A DNA stretch of 64,000 nucleotides, taken from positions 8,184,001 through 8,248,000 of the forward strand of contig OZ193909.1 in the NCBI GenBank assembly GCA_964276515.1, given 5' to 3'. The DNA comes from Gordius albopunctatus. Lineage: Eukaryota. Numbering within the stretch: position 1 is the stretch's first letter; each line of letters opens with the position of its first letter. The notes beneath the pieces are model-generated. The model did not search any database, was not told where the DNA came from, and saw only the letters and a program-made list of their open reading frames with translations. Positions 1 through 31,999 of the stretch are shown in pieces. The position numbers were made by a program, and so were the translations under genes.

Positions 1-1288
1 CATATCTATGTACTGCACAAACATTTAAGCATTAAATTATGGTATTTTATAAGTTTTAGCTCATAATTTATCAGTTATATTTTTATCTGATGAATTATTA
101 CTCAGACTCTTATTTTGGACCTTGTATCAAGCCACTGTGATTTTAACAGGGCTTTAATTAGTTTAAATTTAGATAATATTGTCAAATATAAAATTATGTA
201 TGGAAGTCTTTATTATTTTAATTTTTTTCATATTAAAAGATTTGAAATAAAGGATTTTAAAATATTGAGATATAAATTTTATGAATTTAATGTTAATAAT
301 TTTTTTAAAGATATACTAAACTCCTTATTTTTAGAATAATCAAATATAAAATTATGTTTAGGAGTCTTTGTTAATTGAATTTATTCATATTAAAGAATGT
401 ACCAAAGTTTTAATTTATATGATAAAAAAAATTACCATTTGTGAATCAAGTTATGCTAAACTAAACTTTAATATACATATATTATTCTATCATTATTATA
501 AAATCATTTCATAAAACTAAACTCGTGTTGCCAAATTTGAAACTATTTTTAATATGCTAATTGTATAAAGATACACAACATTTTTTTGGTAGTTTATAGA
601 ATTTTCTATTTTAAGTGTATGACTTAAGGCAAAGAGAGCTATATAATATCCTTACCTCACTCTACCATCCCATTTTCCATTTAATAATTCAGAATTATTG
701 CCTCACTCTATGTTGTGTTGTGTACGATGAGTTCAACCAAAGTCCATTGTCCTTGAACTCTCCCCCTCTATCTCCCCTTCTTTCCTACATAGTGTTTCCC
801 ATGCCCCACCCACCCTAGTACTAAAATGGTTTTCCCATCCCTTCCCAAACACAGCAATACACCCATCATTGATACCACTACACATACACTTCGCCTTTTT
901 GTATGGCAAAAATGGGGTCCACAACCTTTTGCTGTTCCCCATTATATGGGGTTTACCTTAGCTAGCCCGCCCGCCCGCCCATGCCCGTTGTTAAAAACGG
1001 GTTGGTTTGTACTTTATTTTTAAAGGAGATGGGGTGGGGGGGGGTGAAATAATCCCCCCCCCCCCTTCGCTCTCCCGCAAAAATCGATAGAAGCCAGCAA
1101 AAGTAAAAACTAGTACACCCTTTTAACATTTCAAGTCATGCGTTTATGTGTGCCAATAATTTTTGAGAAGGGTCATTTTGGAAAGAATTAAATAAAGTTT
1201 CGGTCGTGGAATCGTATTTAATTAAACGAGACTGTCGTCAACATTAGAGAAATAGAACTTGAGTTTTGAAACGCTTGTTATACATGTG

Positions 1289-1910
1289 TAGAGCCCTGCA
1301 CGGGCCGCCCGAAGCCCGGTCCGAGCCCGAACCGATTGGGATTCGGGCAGGGTCGCGCAGAATTTAATAAAACAATCGGGGCTCGGGTTGGGCCTGATGA
1401 AGCGGCCCCACCCGACGCCCCAGCCCGGCCCGAATTGACATGGCAAACTAATCTTTTATAAAATATGATCTAAACAAACTCAACTCGATATTAAATAATT
1501 ATCTTCGTACACCATACATAATATTTCCAAGTTTCAGCATTTTTCCCTTGTCTATTAATATATTTTGACCTAAATTGCAAATCTTATTTTGGTATTTAAA
1601 TATATTCGTAGCCGTTACATTAGAATTAAAATAAGGAAATATTTTAAAAAGTGTTTTATTTGGAACTGTTAGGTAAAATATATTTTAAATAGTTAGATAT
1701 CCAGTTAGCTGAATAAATTGTAGCGAGTGAAAATGAAAATTTCATTTTAAACTTATCCTAGTTGTAAATTACGAGTAATAACAATATAATGCATTATGTA
1801 TTTATATGGTAAAATAATTTTCAAAAATTTTTAAATAATTTTTTTAAATTTCCTATTTGAAAAATCGGGCTCGGGTCAGGCCCAAAAATAAAGAGTCGTT
1901 CGGGCTCAGA
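1289..1910 (+). mobile_element. hAT-like non-autonomous element, left arm with CCCGA/TCGGG subterminal repeats
   Basis: Starts TAGAGCCCTGCA. A closely similar ~600-bp copy lies at 34063-34660 and the same start recurs at 28142. A degenerate right end may lie near 3960-3991. Confidence 0.6.
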
Positions 1911-2525
1911 CAGAAAAATTTTCATTTTTGTGCGAACTTATCTTGCTTGTCCCATCGGAATATAATTCAGTTTTTAGGTCCGATATTTAAATGAAAAATG
2001 TTTTTTACAATATGCAAACTTTTCTATCATTAAATAAGGCTTAGCTAGGGGGAGGCAGGAAGGAGCGGCTGCCCCCCTTTAAATCCAAAAATTCTTAATA
2101 ATTTATTAAAATTATGGCTAAAATTTCAAAAAATATTATTTTGCCCCTCCCTAAATCATTAGTGCCCTTCTTTAATTCAAAGTTGGCTGCGTCCATGAAG
2201 CGATGTTAAATCTAATAAATCAAAAGTATTATTATATGTCCACTCCATTTATTAATAATTGCTGCAAGAGGTGAAATTTGTTTAAATTTTGATGTCCGAA
2301 CCCGGCCCAGTTTGATTTTTTACCTAAATTGCACGCCCGAGTCCCCTCGAACCCTTCTAAGTGTCCGCCTGAACAAGCCAGAATCATTAGAGCTGCCCGA
2401 ATGCCCCCCCCCCCCCAAATTATGATTTTTTAAACTTTTAACACTAATTTTGTTATATACTTGCAAAAATTTTAAATTTAATTCTCGATTTTTTTGGATA
2501 AGATCTACGGTTAATAAATATTATT

Positions 2526-3800
2526 AATTGCTATGCAATTTATGGCTCGCTTTTTGTTGTCCGTCCGTCCAATGTTCTTAATCGCTGGTTCGATACCCGG
2601 AGAGGGCAAAAAAAATTTTTTCGATTAAATTAATATATTGTTCTTGTTAATACCATTGATAATATGACTTTTTGGACCGTTTCCTGGCTACTGACCACTG
2701 AAAAAATGACCATTGGCCAAATTGTGAATCGAATTTTTTTCTCTCGTTTTTTGAATTGCTATATTGGGTTAGCATTGATATTTACCTATGCCCCTCCCTA
2801 CAAGGGCCTATATATACCTCTACTGATATCGGTCCCTATGACCCCCCCCCCCCTTTCAAAAGCTTATGCCCCCTACTGATGTAGGTTCGAATCCCGGAGA
2901 GGGCAAATTATATATATATATATTTTTCAATTAATATATTGGTCTTGTTAATACCATTGATAATATGACTTTTTGACCTTGTCCTGGCTACTGACCAATG
3001 AAAATAATGACCATTGGCCAAATTGTGATTCGGAATTTTTTTTTCCGTCTCTTATGTATTTATATCCTTTTTGATTGTGTCCAGGCTACTGACCAATGAA
3101 AAAAATGACCATTTTTAAAGTGTAGAAATTTTTTTATTTCTATATTTTAAATATAGGCTATTTGGTCGTTTGCTGGCTACTGACCAATAAAAAAATGACC
3201 ACTGGCCAAAGTGATATTAAAATCGATTTTTTTTCTAGATTATAATTATAGGCTAGTTATTTGACTGTCTGCCAACAATTAGAAAAAATTACCACTGACC
3301 AAATTGATGGAAAAAATGACCAATGGCAAAGGTCTGATTGGAAATTTTTTTAGTTTTTTTAATATCTTGTTTATACTTTACATATGCGCATGATTTTAAT
3401 AGAGTCTATAGTCATAATTCAAATTATGGGTCGCCTACACCAAATTGTTTAAATTTATACAGTATCGAAAAAACTCTAAAATGAAAGTTGTATGTTTTGG
3501 AATGATGACTATTGGCTTTTCCAAGGTCATACCCTCTATTTGCGTTCCTTTCGTCATTTTGATTAATTTAGAAGTTGATAAATAAGAATGAATGAAAGAA
3601 AACCTATTCCTCAATAAATAAAGTATTAATAAGTGTTTTATAGCAGGTTTTACAAAAATTTAACTTTTTAAATATTTGTATAAATAATTAACTAATCATT
3701 TTGCATTTAATACCCCCTATAGGCATTCTCGCCCCTTCCTACCTTTCTCGCCCATAAATTGCATAGAAAATATGCTACGTTTATACGGAGTATAGATGAC
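2526..3800 (+). mobile_element. HINE/Helentron-like non-autonomous repeat
   Basis: 5' AATTGCTATGCAATTTATGG, then a GTCCGTCCGTCC microsatellite, internal repeats (CTGACCAATGAAAAAATGACCATTGGCCAA), an inverted copy CCATAAATTGCATAG near the 3' end and a short stem-loop (ATGCTACG-TTTATA-CGGAGTAT). Related copies at 26114-26724, 29084-29369, 34897-36868 and 42420-42950. Confidence 0.55.
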
Positions 3801-4520
3801 TCCCTCCCCCCTTCCCACCAGGACCGGAGGGCCTGGTTTACAATTAAAAAAGTCACAAAATATACAATACACTAAATAAAAAAATCTTACTGAGCCCTAA
3901 TTGCCCGAATCTTGTAAGGGTGCCCGTCCGGGCCAGCCCAAAGTCTTTTACGCCCACGGGCCCTGCAGCGGGCCGGCTTTTTCTGGTCTCTGATTGCTGC
4001 CCCTTTATAATTTAAATTCTGGCCAGGCGCATAATTGTAATATTTATTGCTAGTTTAAAACGTATTCTTTATCTTAATTTCTTGTTAAGCCTGAGCCTGT
4101 GAAAAATATTTGTTTATTCTATGTTTACCAAGAACCATATATACCTGTAATTGATATTCCCCCTTTCAATCAATACTTGTTTTTATTGTCATTGCTCAGG
4201 AATACTCCACCATTTTAATAATCTGCATTCCTGGTATTTACTTAATTTTTTAGTCTCATCCTTATGTAAACAGGAAATGACAATCCTATATATTGAGGAC
4301 TTGCTTTATACAAGCAATAGGCGATGCACTTAATTCATGTTTGCTATTTTAGCCAAAATTGTACATAAAGATTATTTAAGAATATAACATGGCATTGTCC
4401 AAACGTGTTAACAAGTGGTTTAGACTCTTATCGATAAAACATATAAGTAAATAAATAAACAAATGACCAAAATTAAAATGGGTTTTGTGCGCAATATTTA
4501 TTTTAGAACGCTCTAAAAGC

Positions 4521-4790
4521 TTTTTCTTCTTCTTTATCAGTTATTTGGTCCCACATTGGTGGTGTTTGTTTTGATAAGTTTCTTCCATCTTGACCGGGTG
4601 AGTGCCGTGTCTTGACTAATCTCTTTAGTTTTCATAACTTTATCGACTTGCCCTTTCCACGTGACACGGGGTCGTCCTCTTCCTCTCTTCCCCGGTACCT
4701 CCATGTCCAGTACTTTTCGATTTACGTCATTCGACTTCCTTCTTAGTATACGCCCATACCACCTTAGCCGATTTTCGTTAATCATGAAAA
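4521..4790 (-). mobile_element. 5'-truncated RTE-clade LINE 3' end
   Basis: RLRWYGRILRR...GKRGRGRPR...RSRWKKLI is the typical RTE C-terminus. Ends in an (AAG)n-like tail with a possible GCTTTT target duplication. Confidence 0.8.
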
Positions 4791-5019
4791 GCATTTTTTT
4801 TAAATAATTTGGAGTTTTTGCGAATGTTAAAATATACGAAAAGAAAATAGATTAAAAAGTGTGCAGCTTTGTAAAATATCCGGGCAGAATTCTCCTTTTT
4901 TCAATTTTTTTTATCAATTCTCCATTAAAACCGTTTCCCCATAAATGTTGGGTCCACATAATTTGTTTTGCTAACACTTTAAAACTGTGTTTTCTTGATA
5001 TGTCAATTTTGTGCAACAG

Positions 5020-24349
<19,330 letters not shown>

Positions 24350-26113
24350 ATTAGCTCAAGCAATGATAGGCAGTATTATACTTCACGAATCTTTGTAACG
24401 CTAAGGTCAAGAATCCGCCTACAAGATGAACCGAAAATTTTCGCTTATATTATCTTTTTTCTCATTACATTTGCCTGTGCATAATTTTATTTAAAAAACC
24501 TTTTCATAATATGTGTAACGATAAACAAAAATTTTGTTTGTTACTTTTTGAATTCGGGTAATCATTATCTCCATCTATTTATAATTTTTGAAATTTTATA
24601 ACAATTTTACGATTATAATTAATAAATTTTGTATTTTTTAGATTGAATCATTATTAATTAAATAAAAGTCAAAAATGCACAGAGCAATGGTTTCAAACAT
24701 TGTGTGCTTTTGCTTATATACAACATCTATTCACATTTTAACTTTATTTTTCTTCGTGCCCAAGCCCATGATGAAGGACACGTAAATAAAACGTAAGGTT
24801 TATATAAACATCCATTTTTCATTTAAATTTACTGTAACAAGGTTTTGGTCTATTTTAATTCCTATAGTTTATTTAATTCAAAGCACATTGTAGATTTTTT
24901 ATTACACGTAAATTTTTCAATGTCATCTTGGATCTTGATTTTAATACTTTCTCCGAGGAATTTCTTTAATACCAATTCTGCTAGCAAAAATTTAAAAATC
25001 TGCTAAGCCTTTCTTTGGGTCTAGCATTTTATGTGGTAATACCTTAAATGGCAGCTCTGACACCATTTTTGTAGAATGAATCAACGATTTATTTTATGCC
25101 AAAAATGGTGTCAGCTGGGTTCAGATCCCACTTCTGACACCATTTTACTATTCTACGCGGGAATACCAGGGAGGGGAGATTGTGTAGACATAAATACTAT
25201 TAAAATCAGTACCGCAGATGTTATATCTTTTCTACGTTTTAAAGATACGAGCTATATTAATTAACGCGTGTACGATCAAAAAAGGGTATCCGCGATCAGT
25301 GGAACGCGGGGGGGGGTGTATGCGCTACGCAGTTTTACAACCTTTGTGAATATAAGTACGGGTAGGAGGTTTGATCGAATACGTACGGTAATTAAAACGC
25401 GTGTATATAGCAGCGCGGTGGGGGGTTCAGGGAGGAGAGAACCGTAACTTTTGTGAGGACACGACAGCTTCGCTAATTAATAGGTAATTTTATAAAAAAA
25501 AATTTATATTTTGTTTTAGATGCACATTTGCTTGTTCAGTAAACTAATTGAATATGTTCACCCTAAAGACAAAGGGCTTGGCCCCTATATAATGTCCTCT
25601 TCCAGGGTATGTATGCATGGATTTTCCCCGATGATATTCAAGAGCTTAGCTAAATCGGCAAGCTAAGATTGAGTCCCATCTGACACCTATGCGGTGCATC
25701 TCGGGCCACGATAACCAAAGGTCGAATTTAACCTACTTGATCACATAGTATTGGGGGCCCCAAAACGCATACGTTCGCTTTAAATTATTAAAAATTACAG
25801 AATTTAATCAAAAATAATAGGTTACCAAAATTCGATGTAAATTGGGAGTGGAAAACTCTTATTAAATAATAAATAGTAATGTAAAAATAATTAAGAATAT
25901 TAGATAATGTAAGAAATTATAAAGGGGGGATAAGATTTAATTATTATTTTAAAGGGCAGAAAAAATGAAATATCATGAAGTAAATTAATATATAGTTATG
26001 CGTTAATATTTTTTGAAGATAGAGAACAGTTCGGCGGAATTCGAAGGGAATGGTAGGTTTGATATTCGATTTACGGTTCCGAGGATGGTATTGGCATATA
26101 GATTAAAACAAAT

Positions 26114-26724
26114 AAACTCGGGTCTTAGGCCCACGTGGGAAGGGAAGGGGGAACGAAACTCATCTATAATCCGTATAAACGTAGAATATTTGCTATGCAA
26201 TTTATGGGCGAGAAAGGTGGGAAGGGGCGAGAACAGGACAAAATTTTTTATTTTTTTTTAAATTAAATTAATATTTTGTTCTTTTTAATACCATGTATAA
26301 TATGACTTTTTGACCGTCCGCTGGCTGCTGACCAATTAAAAAAATGACCATTGGCCAAATTGTGATTCGAAATTTTTTTTTCGTTTTTGAATTGTTTAAC
26401 ATTGATAATTACCCTATGCCCTCCCCTATAAGGGCTTATGCCTCTACTGATATGGGTCCCTGTGCCCCTACAAAAGCCTATGCCTCTACTGATGTGGGTT
26501 CGAATCCCGGAGAGTCCAATTTTTTTTTAATTAAATGGAAAATTTGTATAAATAAAATTATCTAATCATTTTGAATTTAATACCCCCTATAGGCATTCTC
26601 GCCCCTTCTCACCTTTCTCGCCCATAAATTGCATAGCAAATATGCTACGTTTATACGGAGTATAGATGAGTTTCGTTCCCCCTTCCCTTCTATCCTTCCC
26701 TACGTGGGCCTAAGACCCGAGTTT
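26114..26724. mobile_element. HINE-family derivative with ~120-bp inverted termini
   Basis: AAACTCGGGTCTTAGGCCCACGTGGGAAGG...TTGCTATGCAATTTATGGGCGAGAAAGG is inverted at 26595-26724. The interior carries the family's TGACCATTGGCCAA repeat. Confidence 0.7.
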
Positions 26725-26923
26725 TTAAATGTCGAATGAGATACAATTTTTCCAACTGAAACTTTTAATCTTTAATTTCAATCATAGCTCAAAAGGTGGT
26801 AGTATTTGGTCTTTCTAAAAAATTTGGCAAGAGTTTCTTCAAAATATTATGTATTCACTGGCAAAACCGCTCATAGGTCACAAAATGTTAATAGATAAAT
26901 TGCTAACGTATTTGGGTAAAAAC

Positions 26924-28942
26924 TAGTGTCGTAAAAACCAAGGTTTAAGATTGGTCGCCTGCAAGGGTTAGCGTTTTTTTCCTCAGACCCTTTTAGTGTT
27001 GGGTGAATTTTTTTGGTTCGCCCTTGGCGTTTGGCGCTTTTGTAAAAAACACCCAAAGGGTGTTGGGTGAATTATTTTGGTCGACCTTTGGCGTTTTTAC
27101 AATAAAACACTCTTAGAGTTTAGGCGAATTATTTTGCTAACCTTTTGTTTTGGTCGTTTTGGGTTTTATCATTTCATTTTTAATTTAAAAAAATAAAATA
27201 AATTAAGAACTTTGCCCCCGTCCCTATTTTTTACCCTCTTTCTCACTCAGGGGGGGGGGGAATCCCCCCTCCTTTTTTCTCCTTCTTTCTCCATCACTAA
27301 TCAAATAACATATAACCCGCGAGAGTATTCGTAGGATATTTCGAAACCTCACGCAAATTATATATTAAAATATAAAACGCAATTTTAGTCTAATGAATTT
27401 GGTCTTTTCAGTAGCTTAATATTTTATCAAGACTTAGGTTAGCTGAAAATTTCCTAGGTTTTGGCTTAATACTTTTTAAAATATAGAAGCTTTTTTGGCT
27501 CGTGGTGTAATTTTTTCTGTTGGAAAAAATGTATGTATTTTTTTTGTTTGATTATATCTTTTACAATTTCTGTTTTTAATGCATTCTGAACATTCTTTTA
27601 ATAAATATCACGTTTATTTTGATTTATTTCAAGGTATATGATGTCAAGAGGTAAAATAAGGGGAAGCTCTAAAATAACCAAAATAAAAATGGGGATCCAG
27701 AAAATTGTTAATAAGTTTTGTAATGTTGATTAGATTCATATAAAAATTTATACCATCAATTTTAAGACTTTATAAACATATGTAAAAAATTTGAAAGGTC
27801 TTAAAAGAATACTTTGAAATTTATAAGAAGTTAAAAAGTGGGGTAAAGTTATACGCCACGAATGCTCTCGTGTTCGGGATTTTCAGGAATACTCTCGAGG
27901 GATAATGAATATAAATTTTTTATAGAAAACACAAATTAAAAAAAAATTTGGTATCAAAACATAATTTTAGTAGCATTCTTAAATATTGTTCGATATGAGA
28001 ATTAGGCCCAACCGTGTTGAAAACCACACCAAGTCAAATTTGATTTAGGTTTTTATAATCAGCCTCCTAATTATATTTTTTCTATTTTTTTTAAAAACTC
28101 ATTCCCCCCTCCCCTCCTTTATCTCATACATTACATGAGAATAGAGCCCTGCAAAGTCATTTTTTTCAACCCAAACCCGACCCGAAAGTAAAAAAATGAT
28201 TGATGTAAAATTGATTTTGATGGTTTTAAATGGCAGAAAAATGTTATCTCAAAAAAAACCAACAGATTTAACAACATTTAAAAACATGTTTGCCAAAAGT
28301 GAAAGCATTACAAAAAGGTAGATCCTAATTCAGAAAAGTTTTTTAGCTTATTTCACCCAAAGTATCCCACTTAACAAGCCATTCATTATCTTCAGTAGGC
28401 ACCATAAAAAAATGCAGATATTCTTAAACTTTTGCTAAATTAAAATGAGACTGCCTTTATTATCAAGCAATTTTGATTTTAAGGGGGGGGGGGCAAAATA
28501 CCTCCCCTCCTCTCTGGTGAGAAAGAGGGTAAAAAATAAGAGGGGGAGGGGGAAAAACACCCCCTCCCCGTCCCCGTTAAGAAAGAGGGTAAAAAACAGG
28601 GGGGGGGGGCAAACCAACGGGACAAAAAAGAGAGGGGGGCAAAGTTCTAAATTTATTTTATTTTGAAATTAAAAATGATAAACCCATAACTACCAAAACC
28701 AAAAGGTTACCAAAATAATTCACCTAAACGCTAAGAGTTTTTTTTTGTGAAAACGCCAAAGGTCGACCAAAATAATTCACCCAACACCATTTTGTTGTTT
28801 TTTACAAAAGCGCCAAACGCCAAGGGCGAACCAAAAAAAAATTCACCCAACACTAAAAGGGTTAGGCGTAATTTATACACCAATTAACAAGCTTGTCAAC
28901 CAACACGCTGTGAAAACCCAGTCAGACGTTTTTACAACACTA
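26924..28942. mobile_element. Three-level nest of inverted-repeat elements
   Basis: Outer TIR TAGTGTCGTAAAAAC/GTTTTTACAACACTA. Middle ~280-bp arms starting CCCTTTTAGTGTTGGGTGAA (26988) and ending TTCACCCAACACTAAAAGGG (28861). Inner CGAGAGTATTC/GAATACTCTCG pair (~27315-27900). Confidence 0.7.
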
Positions 28943-29414
28943 GTAGAAATCGTAACGTGATAATTGTAGTAACGTTTACAAAACATTTAACAGCAGAATA
29001 TTGATTGAATACGGCCGATGTCCATGAAAGTAATTATGCAGCAATTTTTTACTTAAGTTTGAAGTGTACATATTTTATAAATCAATTGCTATGCAATTTA
29101 TAGGCTCGCTTTTTGTTGTCCGTCCGTCCAACGTTCTACTTGCTGGTTCGATACCCGGAGAGGAAAATTTTTTTTAAATTAATATATTTTCCTTGCTAAT
29201 ACCATTGATAATATAACTTTTTGACCGTGTCCTGGCTACTGACCAATGAAAAAAATGACCATTGGCCAAATTGTGATTCGAATTTTTTTTTGTTTTTGAA
29301 TTGGTATATTAGGTTAACATTGATAATTACACTATGCCCTCCCCTAGAAGGGCCTATGCCTCTACTGATAATGTTATAATAAACAAAATTACTCCCTTTT
29401 TAGGTATGCGGCGG

Positions 29415-31383
29415 TTAGTTAGGTTCTGCACCTTTATTTATTGAGATTTCGCCGCCAGCCCAGGTTGACCAGTCGAAGAGATCGTCTTCGTCGAAGACTT
29501 CCGGTATCGTTTCGCTTTCTGGTGGTATCCCTGATAGGATGGACGGAACAGTGTATCTTTCTGGGGGGAGCCAGGTGCGCGATGGATAGTCGGCTGGGTT
29601 TTCCTCCGTTGAGATCCATTGGATATTATATCTTATTGCTAGTAACGCGTTTAGGCCGTATTCCTTTACGAACCTTGAGATCAATTCCTCGATGATTGGT
29701 GAGTTTGATCCCCCCTTCATCGACACGTAGTATGCGGTTGTGGAGTCCGTGCGGATTCTTGGGAACGGAGTGCCCTCGAATCGAGCTATTAGGTATCCAT
29801 ATATTGCTCCCAACATTTCGCACAGCGTGATGTGCTGGTTCGGGGGGAGCGTGAAGTTGAGTGCGGCGGCAGCGTCTTCGAATGTGATGGATAGGTTGTT
29901 GGCACCCCATGTGACTCCAATGTGTTCGTCCGATGCGTCCGTGTATACAGTCAGGTGCGCTGCTTAAGGGATGTTACTATGGCCAGAAGTTTAAAGCAAG
30001 CGTGATTCATATTAAAGAGCCTTGAGCGGTCAGACAGGTATGCGTAAAAGGGGGCCAAGAGTTTTGACATACCCGTCAAGTTGTATAAAAAGTAGTTAAT
30101 TGGGTGGGCGGCGGCGTATTAGATGCAAAGGCAAAGAATAGTATGTCCGCGGCATATTCAAGTCTAGTGATTACCTGCGGTGAGCACCTAATGGAATGGT
30201 CAATGAATGATAAATGGAGGCCAAGGTACTCGATATCACGCCCCGGGAGGATCGATAATTTTCGTGCGTTTACCGTCAGTCCCCATTCTGCTGCGAGGGT
30301 GAAAATTGATTCCAGGTCCTCCTGTACGTCGACGTGTGAGGTGGCGTAGATGAGGATATCGTCTAGGTAAACGTTGTATTTACACCTTCGTACTGCTTTC
30401 TTGGTCAGGTCTGAGACTATCATTTGCAAAACGTATGGGGAGTATGATGCCCCCATGGGCAAGACCTTGTATCTATATTTGCGTGTTTGGTAAGTATATG
30501 CGGCGAATTTTCGGGCCGATACGTTTAGTGGGATGCTGAAGAAGGCAGCTTTTAGGTCTATCTTTGCTACTCAATTGGCCTTGCTAAGCTGCCTTGACGT
30601 TAGGGGGATGGATGCAAGCTTTACCGGGTAATGTTTATAGTTTTTTGATACCTGGGATAGGTCCGTGATCACCCTTGCATCCCCGTTGGCTTTCGGAATA
30701 AAGAATGTTGCTGACTTTATGATGTCTTTGTTTGTGATTTCTACGACGTCGGAATCAACCATGGTTTGGAAGTATTCGGGCTTTCCCCGCGATATGGCCT
30801 TCCTTCGGGATGTGAGGAATATACCATTGTGTTCCCGAATTTTGTCCATGTCGAATTTTGGGGTGAAACCGTTCTGGGCCACTCTCCTGGTGAATGGTGA
30901 TTGTAGGTGATGGGGCCGGAGTTTGGAAGTAAATATGTCTAACTGACCGGTGGGCGGTGAAAGTTGCGGTTCCTTGTTCCACCGGAATATGGATTTGTGG
31001 AGACCAAAGATGGGTAGCGTTTCCGAACCCGTCTCCCGGCCGAAGGCGGCCTCCACTTGTTGAATGCGCTGCTCGACTTCGGGGGCAAGAAAGAATATAT
31101 TGGAATAGTCCGTGTTTGTAGGCAATTGGATCGCTCCCGTCGCCCCTGACGGGAGTTCTGACGGAGAGAATATCCAGCGGCGCGTCTCCCGAATTTGAAA
31201 GATGATGCGTGCGAGCCAGCGGGGAGACCCGGATGAATTCCCTCCGTCGAGAAGCGGTACGCCCGAGGGCCCGACTTCCCATGATCCTGCCAGAGCCTTA
31301 ATTCTGCGCCTTACTCCTGGCAGAGGCCGGCGTCTTTTTGACGTGGCGGCTCTTTGGGGGGCTTCTGCTTCTGCCAGCGCCAA
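29415..31383 (-). pseudogene. Reverse transcriptase-RNase H of a DIRS-like / hepadnavirus-like (HEART-type) retroelement, disrupted
   Basis: FFIPKANGDARVITDL, KIDLKAAFFSIPL, LPMGASYSP, YLDDILI, IEYLGL (RT). YTDAS, CEMLGA, RTDS, ENPADYPSR (RNase H). In-frame TGA at 30571-30573 and frameshifts near 30100 and 29965. Confidence 0.85.
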
Positions 31384-31999
31384 GAAATAACTGTCTCCTT
31401 GGCTGAACGACCTCTAGGTTGGGGATATTCCAGTCTTCTGCGAAAGACTTATCGTTCCTGACGGCCGTGGCCCAGTTGAAGTTTATTGCTGTGGCGAGCG
31501 TTGTAAGCCGTGCTGTCGTTTCCTTCAACAACGTATCGGGGGAATCCTCTGACAGAGTTTCCGCGACCAGGAATATATATTGGCTTTCCTTCCTGTCTCT
31601 TTGCGATACTTTTGTTGGGAATTGGGCCATGAGATCTTTTAATTTGTTTATCTTGTCTTCGATCTCATTTAGCTTCTCCGCCGGAGTTTTGGGGGCCGGC
31701 TCAGGCTGAACTATGTTTATAGCTGACGGAGGAGCGGCTCTTTGGACGTTGAGCTGTTGAATGAGTGCCGCGATCGTTTGCTGAGATTGAGCGAATTGCG
31801 CCTGTGCCCTTCTATTTTGTTCCGCGATGACTCTGAGGACTTCTGTCATGTCGCTTTGGTTGTCTGTCCCTCTACCTGATGGGGTCGGGGAACCGTCCCT
31901 AGAAGAGCTTTCATCTCGTGTAGCGGCTGGTTTTAAGGCCGCTAACAGGGTCGCTGCCGCTGGTGTACCTGTAGGATTAGTTCGAGCGGGTCTTACCAT
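31298..31999 (-). CDS. Gag-like ORF1 (233 aa) of the same retroelement
   Basis: Intact ATG-to-stop ORF with coiled-coil-like Q/A-rich segments, an FNWATAV motif and a basic RS/K tail. It overlaps the pol frame, as ORF1 does in DIRS-type elements. Confidence 0.65.
   Translation of the reverse strand: MVRPARTNPTGTPAAATLLAALKPAATRDESSSRDGSPTPSGRGTDNQSDMTEVLRVIAEQNRRAQAQFAQSQQTIAALIQQLNVQRAAPPSAINIVQPEPAPKTPAEKLNEIEDKINKLKDLMAQFPTKVSQRDRKESQYIFLVAETLSEDSPDTLLKETTARLTTLATAINFNWATAVRNDKSFAEDWNIPNLEVVQPRRQLFLGAGRSRSPPKSRHVKKTPASARSKAQN

Noticed and set aside
620..960. Possible decayed LINE endonuclease fragment on the minus strand
   Set aside because: Too degenerate to assign by eye.
1393..1410. 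Hammerhead core CTGATGA
   Set aside because: No correctly placed GAAA or closing stems; it lies within MITE subterminal repeats.
28481..28640. G-quadruplex regulatory element (also 50145-50300)
   Set aside because: The G runs belong to a dispersed repeat family and nothing indicates function.
30571..30573. TGA readthrough or alternative genetic code in the RT
   Set aside because: A single TGG-to-TGA change at an expected Trp, in a copy that also has two frameshifts; decay is the simpler explanation.
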